IMG/VR virus record: IMGVR_UViG_3300024999_000097
Span: 1,199 to 65,198 of that record
Origin: a virus
Lineage: Duplodnaviria; Caudoviricetes
Reading direction: 5' to 3' (one strand)
Length of the DNA stretch: 64,000 bases
The notes beneath the pieces are model-generated. The model ran no database searches, was not told the DNA's origin, and was given only the letters and a program-made list of their open reading frames with translations. Every line of letters starts with the position of its first letter. Position 1 is the stretch's first letter. Below are positions 1 through 8,166 of the stretch, one piece after another. A program made the position numbers and the translations under genes.

Positions 1-32
1 GTAATAGTGTTGTATAAAAGGGGCTGATTTAG

Positions 33-269
33 TTGCTTAAATGTCCACATTGTGGTAATACAGATATTGATAAATTTAGGGCAATTTCAAAGACGGTTTA
101 TAATCTTGATGAAGTAGGAAATCAGGATAAACACAGTATAGCTTCTGAGTGCTTAAAGCTTAGATGTATAGTTTGCCGTAGAATGGTAGCCAATTGGAGT
201 TTTGTTAGACAGGAATGGCTAATGTTCAAAAAAGGAAGTACTGATAAGAAAAGAAGGTTTAAGGCATAA
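33..269 (+). CDS. Small Zn-ribbon protein
   Basis: CPHC...CIVC motifs, 78 aa. Confidence 0.6.
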   Translation: MLKCPHCGNTDIDKFRAISKTVYNLDEVGNQDKHSIASECLKLRCIVCRRMVANWSFVRQEWLMFKKGSTDKKRRFKA

Positions 270-367
270 TGCTTTAATAGACCTCCTCTATAGCTCAGCC
301 AGCGATTTAACTTTAATTTATTAGCATTAGTACTGGCTGGGTATTTTTAAAGTAAAGGAGTGGAATT

Positions 368-598
368 ATGAGGCAAGTAGCGATCACAGGTTGTGGAAAG
401 TCTAGTTTTAGTTTGTTATATCCATTTTTATTTGCAAGAGATTTGCTAGTAACCCAACTTTTAGAGCCTGATTATACCGAGAAAGTATTTAGTAAGCCAA
501 AAGGCAAATATGATAGAAAAAACTTAAACACTAACAAAGAGCAAGCTAGACGTAAAAGACAACTTGCTAGAGGAACTTTAAAGCCTTATGATAAATAA
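368..598 (+). CDS. Hypothetical protein
   Basis: AAGGAG RBS upstream, basic C-terminus. Confidence 0.6.
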   Translation: MRQVAITGCGKSSFSLLYPFLFARDLLVTQLLEPDYTEKVFSKPKGKYDRKNLNTNKEQARRKRQLARGTLKPYDK

Positions 599-782
599 AG
601 GTGATAAAGTAAAAGTTACATGGTCCAAGAGTTTTTATACTGGTACTGAGAAAAGGATCCCTACCGGCACTAAAGGTGAAGTACGCAGTATTAACAAAGG
701 TTTTGCTTATGTATATTTTGGTGTTGGTTTGTCTTCCAGAATTAAACTTAGTCACTTAAAAACAGTAAAGGAGGTTAGATAA
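588..782 (+). CDS. Small SH3/KOW-like protein
   Basis: GDKVKV...GTKGEV...YVYF pattern, 64 aa. Confidence 0.55.
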   Translation: MINKGDKVKVTWSKSFYTGTEKRIPTGTKGEVRSINKGFAYVYFGVGLSSRIKLSHLKTVKEVR

Positions 783-943
783 TGTCTAAATTAAGTATTC
801 TTAGTAAACCTTCAATGAAAGAACTACCTGCTCATACTTGTTTTAACATTCCTAAACTTAGTAAAGATAAAAGCAAATGTTGTTTAGGGTGCCACTATTG
901 GGAAGCTTGCAGGTACTATAAGAAAGCGGAGGATGGGAATTAG
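782..943 (+). CDS. Small Cys-rich hypothetical protein (53 aa, not in ORF track)
   Basis: AAGGAGG RBS, TAATG coupling, C..CCxGCHYWxxC. Confidence 0.55.
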   Translation: MSKLSILSKPSMKELPAHTCFNIPKLSKDKSKCCLGCHYWEACRYYKKAEDGN

Positions 944-944
944 T

Positions 945-1148
945 ATGGCAAACAATAAAACAAAGAAAATAAAAGCAGCTAAGGAAAAGATTGAAGGAGC
1001 TTTAACCGTAGTAAACAAGCTATTCACTGAATTAGGTATTGGTATGGGTGCTGGCTTGAATGACTTAGGTAAACCAGTAATTATTATTCAAGATGCTGAA
1101 ACTGGCTATGGTTGTACAATAGTTAAAAGTGGTAGTTCAAAAATATAA
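945..1148 (+). CDS. Hypothetical protein
   Basis: GGAGG RBS before ATG 945. Confidence 0.55.
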   Translation: MANNKTKKIKAAKEKIEGALTVVNKLFTELGIGMGAGLNDLGKPVIIIQDAETGYGCTIVKSGSSKI

Positions 1149-1174
1149 ATAGTATATTTGAGGAGGAACTTACA

Positions 1175-1450
1175 ATGAAAGAAACAGCAGCTTTATTAAT
1201 TTATGAAACTCCACATGATCAATGTTTACCGCCTATGGTAGTATCAAAGGAAACTGCTGAAAATGTTATGAATAATTATTTTGATACTGGCGGGTTCAAA
1301 TTGTTTAATATTAATAAAAGAAAAATTGTAACGTTTATGCCATATGCCGTAGTTATAGCTGATGTCAGAACTATGATACAGTCTGACGAAAACGAGATTA
1401 GTCTAATAGATGTAAAAAATGATAAAAAGTATTTATATAAGTTCGAATAA
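1175..1450 (+). CDS. Hypothetical protein
   Basis: GAGGAGG RBS. Confidence 0.6.
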   Translation: MKETAALLIYETPHDQCLPPMVVSKETAENVMNNYFDTGGFKLFNINKRKIVTFMPYAVVIADVRTMIQSDENEISLIDVKNDKKYLYKFE

Positions 1451-1469
1451 AAAGTATGAGGTGGTAATC

Positions 1470-2018
1470 ATAAATAAACTACAAGGTTTTAGAACGTTAA
1501 GGGAATTAGGAATTCCTTCTACTCCATGGGCTTTTATGGATGAAAATACAGAGCTTAGTGAAGGCATTCTGTGGACAGTTAGAACAGCAGTTGAAGTTGG
1601 AGATGATTATAACTTACCAAGAGCTGTTGGTGTTAATGCAGAAGTAGCTAAGCAAAAGTACGAAGAATTTAGTAAAGAAGGTTTAAAGGTTATTTGTTAC
1701 CCATACTTTGTAGCTGAAATTAGTGGTGTAGTGATTATTGAACCAGATAAGATTGTTATAGAGTATGTTAACAGTGATCTTTGGGATTTAGTAACGAAAG
1801 GAAAAGTAGATGGGAGACAAATACTTCCTATAAATACTTGGTGTGAATATAGATCTATAGTGAGATATGCCAAATGGGTGTATAGTAAGATGAAAGGGTA
1901 TATTGAAAATAATTTAAGCATTTATTTAGAGTGGTCTTGGGCTTCTAATTGTGATATTAACAAAAACAAAACAGGTAAGCCTTATTTAGTATTCTATGAG
2001 TGCAGAGTAATAAAATAG
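1470..2018 (+). CDS. Hypothetical protein, possible ATP-grasp-like fold; probable ATA start
   Basis: GAGGTGG RBS 5 nt before in-frame ATA; IPSTPW..WTVRTA..LPR..YLEWS..FYECR pattern. Confidence 0.5.
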   Translation: MNKLQGFRTLRELGIPSTPWAFMDENTELSEGILWTVRTAVEVGDDYNLPRAVGVNAEVAKQKYEEFSKEGLKVICYPYFVAEISGVVIIEPDKIVIEYVNSDLWDLVTKGKVDGRQILPINTWCEYRSIVRYAKWVYSKMKGYIENNLSIYLEWSWASNCDINKNKTGKPYLVFYECRVIK

Positions 2019-2032
2019 GAGGTAAATAAATT

Positions 2033-2191
2033 ATGTTTGTTATGGTAGTAGCTTCTATATGGGTAAGTGTATCTTTAAGTATTTCAGTTGGCCTATATTA
2101 CACACATAATTCTAATTGTTTATGGGCATTTATTGTACCAGCTTTAATTAGTATTAGTTCCGGAACATCTGGAGGTAAAAAATGCGAATAG
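2033..2191 (+). CDS. Small membrane protein (52 aa, not in ORF track)
   Basis: AGGAGGT RBS, two hydrophobic segments. Confidence 0.55.
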   Translation: MFVMVVASIWVSVSLSISVGLYYTHNSNCLWAFIVPALISISSGTSGGKKCE

Positions 2192-2667
2192 CTAATATAG
2201 TTCAACAAAGTGTAGTTGATGGCCCTGGTTTAAGGTTTACAATATTCTTTCAAGGATGTAAGCATAACTGTAAAGGTTGTCACAACCCTTCAACACATGA
2301 TTTAAACGGTGGTTATGATGTTGGTATTACTTCATTAGCAAACATAATAAGAATGCACCTTGATAACAATCCGTTAATCCAAGGAATAACATATTCAGGT
2401 GGAGAACCTCTACTACAAACTCCCTCACTATTTGAGTTAACTAAGTTGATAAAACAGTTTAAGCCAGATGTTAACTTTATGTTGTATACCGGATTCCATA
2501 TGCGTGATATAAGTTCAAAATTAGCTAAAGAAATGGACTACGTCATAGATGGTAAATATGTTGAAAGGCTCAGAGATATCGGACTAAAATTTAGAGGCAG
2601 CTCTAACCAACGCATATATCAGAACATAAATGGTGAATTTATAGATATAACAGATAGTGAGGTGTAA
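2182..2667 (+). CDS. nrdG: Anaerobic ribonucleotide reductase activating protein (radical SAM)
   Basis: VDGPGLR, CKHNCKGC, SGGEPL, DGKY, FRGSSNQR motifs. Confidence 0.9.
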   Translation: MRIANIVQQSVVDGPGLRFTIFFQGCKHNCKGCHNPSTHDLNGGYDVGITSLANIIRMHLDNNPLIQGITYSGGEPLLQTPSLFELTKLIKQFKPDVNFMLYTGFHMRDISSKLAKEMDYVIDGKYVERLRDIGLKFRGSSNQRIYQNINGEFIDITDSEV

Positions 2668-2670
2668 TAA

Positions 2671-2910
2671 ATGTTTAGTTGGTTTTTAAAATTATTAGGT
2701 TTAAGTAAGCCTAAAGCTATTCCGGTAACTAAAAGGTACTTTACTATAAATGAAATACCAGATGGTATTGAGAAACTTCCTTCAGGTAAGTTTAGATACC
2801 AAGGTTATACTTATAAATTCTGTTTCGGTAAAGTTCCCAATCCTGAACAATATGGTTATAAAGGTAAAGGTGAGCTTCGTAATGCTTTTATTCGGGAGGG
2901 TTTAGAATAA
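2671..2910 (+). CDS. Hypothetical protein
   Basis: GAGGTG RBS, ORF track. Confidence 0.55.
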   Translation: MFSWFLKLLGLSKPKAIPVTKRYFTINEIPDGIEKLPSGKFRYQGYTYKFCFGKVPNPEQYGYKGKGELRNAFIREGLE

Positions 2911-2966
2911 TTGTAGGTGAATTGCGGTAAACTAATAATTGACTAAGATCTATCTGAAACGTATAC

Positions 2967-3028
2967 AGACAGCATCAGAACGCTACAGAACAAAACAAAA
3001 CTATTAATAAACGGTTCTGATGCTATCT
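2967..3028. repeat. 15-bp inverted repeat with 32-nt spacer
   Basis: agacagcatcagaac (2967-2981) / gttctgatgctatct (3014-3028), one mismatch. Confidence 0.75.
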
Positions 3029-3057
3029 AGAACACTTCTGAAGGGAAAAGGAACAAA

Positions 3058-3294
3058 ATGCTTAAAAACATATTAAATAAATTAAAGCTAATAGGTAAAC
3101 AAAAAGCAGTAATAGTTAAAAGTTGCGATAATTGTGCTAATAGAAGTTCCTTTGTTGATAATGGAGTAACGGTTACTTCAAAGGAAGTAACAAATACAAG
3201 ATTAAGCGAAAGAAGGTTATGTAAAGTTTATTCACCTTTAGATGCTTATGAATGCCAAAGGAACAAATATAAACATTGGAAGGGTGTTAGTTAA
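3058..3294 (+). CDS. Cys-containing hypothetical protein
   Basis: CDNC...C...C. Confidence 0.55.
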   Translation: MLKNILNKLKLIGKQKAVIVKSCDNCANRSSFVDNGVTVTSKEVTNTRLSERRLCKVYSPLDAYECQRNKYKHWKGVS

Positions 3295-3662
3295 TGGATA
3301 ACATTAAAGCTAATTGCAATAGTGACATTATAGAACAGTTTGCTAATAAGAAGTTTAATGAAGGTATAGTAGCTGAAAGGCAAAGGATATTACAACTAGT
3401 AATGAAGTCGGGAATATGTAACTTATCTATTGAAGGTCCTTGTCTTGATGTTGATTGCAATAAGTGCTGGATAGATTATTTAAGTAATGGAGCAACTATT
3501 ACCCCTCCTAATTCAGTTAGCACTAATCAATTAGTAAATGAATTGCAGTTAAGGGAAGGTGTAAAAGTTATAGTAGTAAAGGCTAATGAGCTTTATAAAA
3601 TAGTAGGTCCAGCTAAATTTCTAATGTTAACCCCAGGTAAAGAAATAGTATTTACTGATTAA
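3294..3662 (+). CDS. Hypothetical protein
   Basis: TAATG coupling, C..C..CNKC cluster. Confidence 0.6.
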   Translation: MDNIKANCNSDIIEQFANKKFNEGIVAERQRILQLVMKSGICNLSIEGPCLDVDCNKCWIDYLSNGATITPPNSVSTNQLVNELQLREGVKVIVVKANELYKIVGPAKFLMLTPGKEIVFTD

Positions 3663-3675
3663 GGAGGTGATAACA

Positions 3676-3831
3676 ATGGAAACTAAAGCAATAATTGAAT
3701 TAATAGATGAAGCTATAAGTCTAAACCTTGAAGCTATTAAATCGGTAAGTAAGAACATTGATAATGCTACTGTTGAAGCTATTAAGATATTAACAGATAA
3801 TACTATAGCATTAGCTAAACTATTTGAATAG
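3676..3831 (+). CDS. Small helical hypothetical protein (51 aa, not in ORF track)
   Basis: AAGGAGGTGA RBS, followed by terminator. Confidence 0.6.
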   Translation: METKAIIELIDEAISLNLEAIKSVSKNIDNATVEAIKILTDNTIALAKLFE

Positions 3832-3855
3832 CCAGCCTTAGTGCTGGTTTTATTT
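3831..3855 (+). terminator. Rho-independent terminator
   Basis: gccagc-cttagt-gctggt stem followed by T-rich tail. Confidence 0.7.
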
Positions 3856-3978
3856 ATTTATAACCCTTACTACAATATACTTCAAGTTAACTAGGATGGC
3901 CACAGTTGAACTTAATATTAAAGTCCATAATAACTTACATATATTTGTAGTATTGCTTTATATTTGTACAAAAAACTG

Positions 3979-4006
3979 TTTACATTTATAGCAGATATGA
4001 TATAAT
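3979..4006 (+). promoter_or_regulatory. Strong sigmaA-type promoter (repeated family)
   Basis: TTTACA-16-TATAAT with TG extension. Confidence 0.8.
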
Positions 4007-4048
4007 AGTACTTGTAAGTAAATAGTTCTTAAGAGGAGGAATATACAT

Positions 4049-4222
4049 ATGCAAAAGGAATATAGCTTAAAAATTAAAAAAGGTGGTAAATGGCAAAGTA
4101 GTAAAAATGAATATACCTTAGAAGAAGCTAATGCAAGAATAGAAGCTTTAACCAAAGTTGGTATCAAAGCTAAGATTGTAGCTGCTAGTGTAAATCGTAT
4201 GGACCTTTATGGTATTAAGTAG
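4049..4222 (+). CDS. Small basic early protein (57 aa, not in ORF track)
   Basis: Own promoter plus TAGTTCTT-AAGAGGAGG leader. Confidence 0.65.
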   Translation: MQKEYSLKIKKGGKWQSSKNEYTLEEANARIEALTKVGIKAKIVAASVNRMDLYGIK

Positions 4223-4247
4223 TTACTAAAGAATAGGAGGGAAGTAA

Positions 4248-4481
4248 ATGGTAAGTAATACTGTTATTAGTTGGAATCAAGTTAACATGAGAGGTAAGGA
4301 CAAATTCCTGCCAAATGAACATGAGGCAATTGTTTATTACAGCAATGGTATTTGCATTGGGTTTGTAGCTAAGAATAGCAAAGGCAAACTATGTGTAAAT
4401 TCAGGATTTAAACAAAAAGAAGTAAAAACAGGTTTTCTCTGGTGTTATCAAAAGGACATCTTGAAGCCAGAAGAGATTTAG
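4248..4481 (+). CDS. Hypothetical protein
   Basis: AGGAGG RBS. Confidence 0.6.
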   Translation: MVSNTVISWNQVNMRGKDKFLPNEHEAIVYYSNGICIGFVAKNSKGKLCVNSGFKQKEVKTGFLWCYQKDILKPEEI

Positions 4482-4587
4482 CAATATAGTTTCTCAGGTT
4501 AATTCCTGAGGGGCTACCTGAGACTTTAGTTATAACTAAGGTTTGAGTTAGCTTATATAATAGTTCCTATGAAAGGAGGTTACGGTT

Positions 4588-4974
4588 TTGAGGTTATGGC
4601 ATGAAAGTTTAATTCCACTACTACCTAATGCACAATTGCTAGGTCAACACAGAGAATGTTGTGCTTTAAGAGGAAATGGTTGGGGCAAGAAACATAGTGT
4701 AGTTAATTATGTGTTTGAGCATAGCTACAGAATGTTGTTTAAATATCATAAACTTGTAATGAATGAAATGGTTAAGCGTGGCTACAAAGTTTCTCCTGAA
4801 TGGATGTTTTCTTTGTATAGAGGTAAGCAATGTGAATCAGCAAGTCATGAGTTTTATAGCTTAAATCATAGTTATAGAAACAAAGGTCAATGTATTTATC
4901 CAGAGCATAATTCAGATTATTTAACTGAATGCTTAGAGAACCTTAGAAGTAAAGGTATAATAATTAAAATATAG
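4588..4974 (+). CDS. Pyrimidine-dimer DNA glycosylase/endonuclease V-like protein (TIGR02328-type)
   Basis: MRLWH..LLGQHRECCALRGNGWGKKHS..EMVKRGY..ECLENL signature. Confidence 0.85.
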   Translation: MRLWHESLIPLLPNAQLLGQHRECCALRGNGWGKKHSVVNYVFEHSYRMLFKYHKLVMNEMVKRGYKVSPEWMFSLYRGKQCESASHEFYSLNHSYRNKGQCIYPEHNSDYLTECLENLRSKGIIIKI

Positions 4975-4994
4975 TTTATAAGAGGAGGTTAAAG

Positions 4995-5540
4995 ATGCAA
5001 AATGTTATTATTAATCCTAAATGGTTTTTTGATCCCACTGGTCCACATGGTGTTGCACATTCAAAACGTGTAATGGTATTAGCTGAAACTATAGCTATAA
5101 TGTGTGGTTGTAATAAAGATGAAATACAGATACTTAGGAAGGCAGCAGTTTACCATGATATTGGTAGGGTAGATAATAAAGTGGATGAAGGACATGGATT
5201 TAGGAGTGCAAATAAAGTAAAATCATTCGGCTTATTAAAACCAAAAGGTTTTATGGATGTTGATGATACGGCATTAAGAATTATTAGGAATCATTGTTTA
5301 CCAGATGAAAAAGAAGAATACATTTTACTTAGTATATTTAAAGATGCTGATGCTTTAGATAGGGTAAGGTTTGCAGATGTACAATCGGCATTAAACCCTA
5401 AATACTTAAGAACGACAGAAGCTAAGAGATTAGTTGGATTTGCTAGGATGCTGCTTAGTCAAATAACGGAAGTAGCTAAAGACCCTGAATATTATAGTGA
5501 CCCTTGTGGATATGTTGATTTAAGTTTGAATGATTGGTAA
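4995..5540 (+). CDS. HD-domain phosphohydrolase
   Basis: HGVAHSKRV, YHDIGR, GHG, NHC, DADALDR. Confidence 0.85.
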   Translation: MQNVIINPKWFFDPTGPHGVAHSKRVMVLAETIAIMCGCNKDEIQILRKAAVYHDIGRVDNKVDEGHGFRSANKVKSFGLLKPKGFMDVDDTALRIIRNHCLPDEKEEYILLSIFKDADALDRVRFADVQSALNPKYLRTTEAKRLVGFARMLLSQITEVAKDPEYYSDPCGYVDLSLNDW

Positions 5541-5606
5541 TATAAGATTTGAATTATCTATTGACGGGGGTTAGCAGTAGCATCGTAAAGGCATTGGAAA
5601 TAAAGG

Positions 5607-5635
5607 TTTACAAGGTTGCAATTTAGTGTTATTAT
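5607..5635 (+). promoter_or_regulatory. SigmaA-type promoter (repeated family)
   Basis: TTTACA-17-TATTAT with TG extension. Confidence 0.7.
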
Positions 5636-5663
5636 AGTTCTTAAGGGAAGGAGGTGTAAGCAT

Positions 5664-5804
5664 TTGTGTAAAATGTGTGAGGATTGTGAAGTATTCTTTA
5701 AAGATTACAAAAGCCTTAACGATGAAGAATTGGAAGAAACTGATGATTTAAACTGGTGTTGTGAATGTCCGTGTTGTGGTAAAAAATGTGATGATTGTGT
5801 GTAG
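5664..5804 (+). CDS. Small acidic Cys-rich protein
   Basis: AAGGAGGTG RBS before TTG; CKMCEDC...CCECPCC..CDDC. Confidence 0.5.
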   Translation: MCKMCEDCEVFFKDYKSLNDEELEETDDLNWCCECPCCGKKCDDCV

Positions 5805-5964
5805 TTTGTATAAGCACTTACCTAGTGGTAAATTAGTAATTGTTTTAAATAACGATGTTACTAAAGCCACTAGAAGTGTAAACTATAGAAACTTAGTTGT
5901 AGATGCTAAAGATAATAAGTATTTAGTAAATGTTAAAGATTTAATATTAGCTGAGGAGGAATAG
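5788..5964 (+). CDS. Hypothetical protein
   Basis: ORF track, overlapping start. Confidence 0.5.
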   Translation: MMIVCSLYKHLPSGKLVIVLNNDVTKATRSVNYRNLVVDAKDNKYLVNVKDLILAEEE

Positions 5965-5967
5965 TTA

Positions 5968-6450
5968 ATGCCAGATAAAAGATATTTTAAGTGTCCTGAG
6001 TGCAATATAGTTTCTAATGGTGATGATTGGGATAAGGCTACTGATAGTGCAGGCAATAAGCGAAAATATACCCCTCCTATTGGTTGTAAAGGAAAATTAA
6101 ACTATGAAATTTATAATTATGTTTGTGATGTTTGTGGTGCTGAAGTAAATGGAGCTAAGATTAAAGAAACATTTGGCTTAAAACCACCCGGTAATTATTT
6201 AGCTGCTGATTTTAGTGGAAATAAGACTGTTAAACCAGAATCTACTTATGCTAGTTTTGTTGAAGCCGAATATGGTGTAGAAATACCCGAACCTTTACAT
6301 GAGCCTGACAACTTTGATGTATTTATTGATAGGGTAGAATCTTTAGTTGAAAGGTGGAAAACCTTCCATGAAAAGAACAGAGATTTTGATGGTATAGCTA
6401 ATCAATGTATGGCTGGTTTTCTCAGTGAAATGAAGGAGGAAGGTGAATAA
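5968..6450 (+). CDS. Zn-ribbon-containing hypothetical protein
   Basis: CPEC...CDVC. Confidence 0.6.
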   Translation: MPDKRYFKCPECNIVSNGDDWDKATDSAGNKRKYTPPIGCKGKLNYEIYNYVCDVCGAEVNGAKIKETFGLKPPGNYLAADFSGNKTVKPESTYASFVEAEYGVEIPEPLHEPDNFDVFIDRVESLVERWKTFHEKNRDFDGIANQCMAGFLSEMKEEGE

Positions 6451-6815
6451 TGCCTAAGATATTAGTAATAAAAGCAGATGGTGCTATTGAGGCCGTTGAA
6501 TCAGGAGCAGCTGGTACAGAACAATTTTCCAAGTCCCTAAATAGTGCAGTTGAAGGCTGGATTGAAATTGTAAGACCAATAACAGGGATACTTGAACAAG
6601 ATCATGTAATGGTAGTAAATGAAGAAGGGCATTGTAAGAATTTACCGTTTAATTTAATAGGTACAAGAATTTATGGTTATGGTTTTATAGTTGGTAACAT
6701 AGTGATTTGTAAAGAAGTTATGATTGATGAAGGTTATGATTTATATCCTTTTGATGATGATGAAGTTGAAACAGTAATTAATAGATTAAAACTTAAATTA
6801 GCAACAAACTTTTAG
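6450..6815 (+). CDS. DUF3846-like phage protein
   Basis: VEGWIEIV..MVVNEEG..LPFN..IVGNIV. Confidence 0.75.
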   Translation: MPKILVIKADGAIEAVESGAAGTEQFSKSLNSAVEGWIEIVRPITGILEQDHVMVVNEEGHCKNLPFNLIGTRIYGYGFIVGNIVICKEVMIDEGYDLYPFDDDEVETVINRLKLKLATNF

Positions 6816-6836
6816 GCTCCCTAAATGGGAGCTTTT
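6814..6836 (+). terminator. Terminator separating accessory genes from packaging operon
   Basis: aggctccc-taaat-gggagctt-tt. Confidence 0.65.
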
Positions 6837-6857
6837 CCTATTTGTGAGGTGTGTTTA

Positions 6858-8153
6858 ATGTCAGTTGAAACTGTAAAGAATATAGTTAAAGCTGTATTAT
6901 TTTTTGTAGCTTTTTCGTTAAAGCAAAAGAAAATACTGACTTGGTGGACGGATAAAAGTCCATATAAAGATTATAATGGTATTATAGCAGATGGAGCTAT
7001 TAGGGCAGGTAAAACAGTACCTATGGCTTTATCTTTTGTATTTTGGGCTATGGATATATTCCATGGCAGAAACTTTGCTATGTGTGGTAAATCAATTGGT
7101 TCATTTCATAGAAATGTTTGGTCTTGGTTGAAACCAGCTTTGATAGTTAGAGGGTATAAAATAAAAGAAGTAAGAGCTGGAGAAGATAAACATATCTTAA
7201 TAAGCTATAAAGGTAATTGGAATAAGTTCTATATATTTGGTGGTAAAGATGAAGGTAGTCAAGCACTTATTCAAGGTATTACATTAGCCGGTATACTATT
7301 TGATGAAGTTGCTTTAATGCCAGAAAGCTTTGTAAATCAGGGTACCAGTAGATGTTCTGTTGAAGGTGCTAAGTACTGGTTTAACTGTAACCCTGATGCA
7401 CCGTTACACTGGTTCAAAGTTAATTGGATTGAGAAAGCAACAGAAAAGAAGTTATACCATTTACACTTTATGATGGACGATAACCCAAGTTTAAGTGATG
7501 CAGTTAAAGCTAAATATCGGTCAATGTATTTTGGTGTATTCTTCAAACGCTTTATCCTAGGATTGTGGGTTATTGCCGAAGGTGCTATTTATGATATGTG
7601 GTCAGATGATGAAAACTTGTTTGATGATGAAACAATACCACAAGGTTTGAAATATATTGCTAGACGTTCTATAGCTATTGACTATGGTACTACAAATCCT
7701 ATGGTATTCTTAGATATATGGGATGATGGTAAGACTTGTTGGCAAGTAAATGAATATTATTGGGATAGTAAAGAAAAAGGAAGACAAAAAACAGATAGTG
7801 AATATGCTGATGATTTAATGGCTTTTATTGGTGAAGATATGCCGGATGATATTATTCTTGACCCTTCAGCTGCAAGCTTTAAAGCCGAGTTAAGACAAAG
7901 AGGTTTAAGGGTTAAAGATGCTGATAATGATGTAAGAGATGGAATTAGTATTGTATCAACAATGCTAGGACTTAGATTGTATAAAGTACATAAGCGTTGT
8001 AAGATGACACAATATGAAGTAACTTCTTATGTTTGGGATGATAAAGCAAGGGAACGTGGTGAAGAAAAACCACTTAAAATAAAAGACCATACTTGTGATG
8101 CAAAACGTTATTTCTGTAAGACTAAAATAAAACCATGGAGGCTAACAGCTTAA
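6858..8153 (+). CDS. terL: Terminase large subunit (PBSX family)
   Basis: DGAIRAGKT Walker A, LFDEVAL Walker B, CNP, DYGTTNP, DPSA, DHTCDA nuclease motifs; GAGGTG RBS favours ATG 6858. Confidence 0.95.
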   Translation: MSVETVKNIVKAVLFFVAFSLKQKKILTWWTDKSPYKDYNGIIADGAIRAGKTVPMALSFVFWAMDIFHGRNFAMCGKSIGSFHRNVWSWLKPALIVRGYKIKEVRAGEDKHILISYKGNWNKFYIFGGKDEGSQALIQGITLAGILFDEVALMPESFVNQGTSRCSVEGAKYWFNCNPDAPLHWFKVNWIEKATEKKLYHLHFMMDDNPSLSDAVKAKYRSMYFGVFFKRFILGLWVIAEGAIYDMWSDDENLFDDETIPQGLKYIARRSIAIDYGTTNPMVFLDIWDDGKTCWQVNEYYWDSKEKGRQKTDSEYADDLMAFIGEDMPDDIILDPSAASFKAELRQRGLRVKDADNDVRDGISIVSTMLGLRLYKVHKRCKMTQYEVTSYVWDDKARERGEEKPLKIKDHTCDAKRYFCKTKIKPWRLTA

Positions 8154-8166
8154 GGTGGTATAAAAT

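Noticed and set aside
4995-5540. Z-genome (PurZ/DatZ/MazZ) or 7-deazaguanine pathway
   Set aside because: HD and MazG-like genes exist, but no PurZ, DpdA, QueC/D/E or FolE is recognisable; the radical SAM protein has NrdG motifs
5541-5600. Possible tRNA or riboswitch in a slightly GC-richer intergenic stretch
   Set aside because: No cloverleaf, T-loop GTTCGA or known riboswitch consensus
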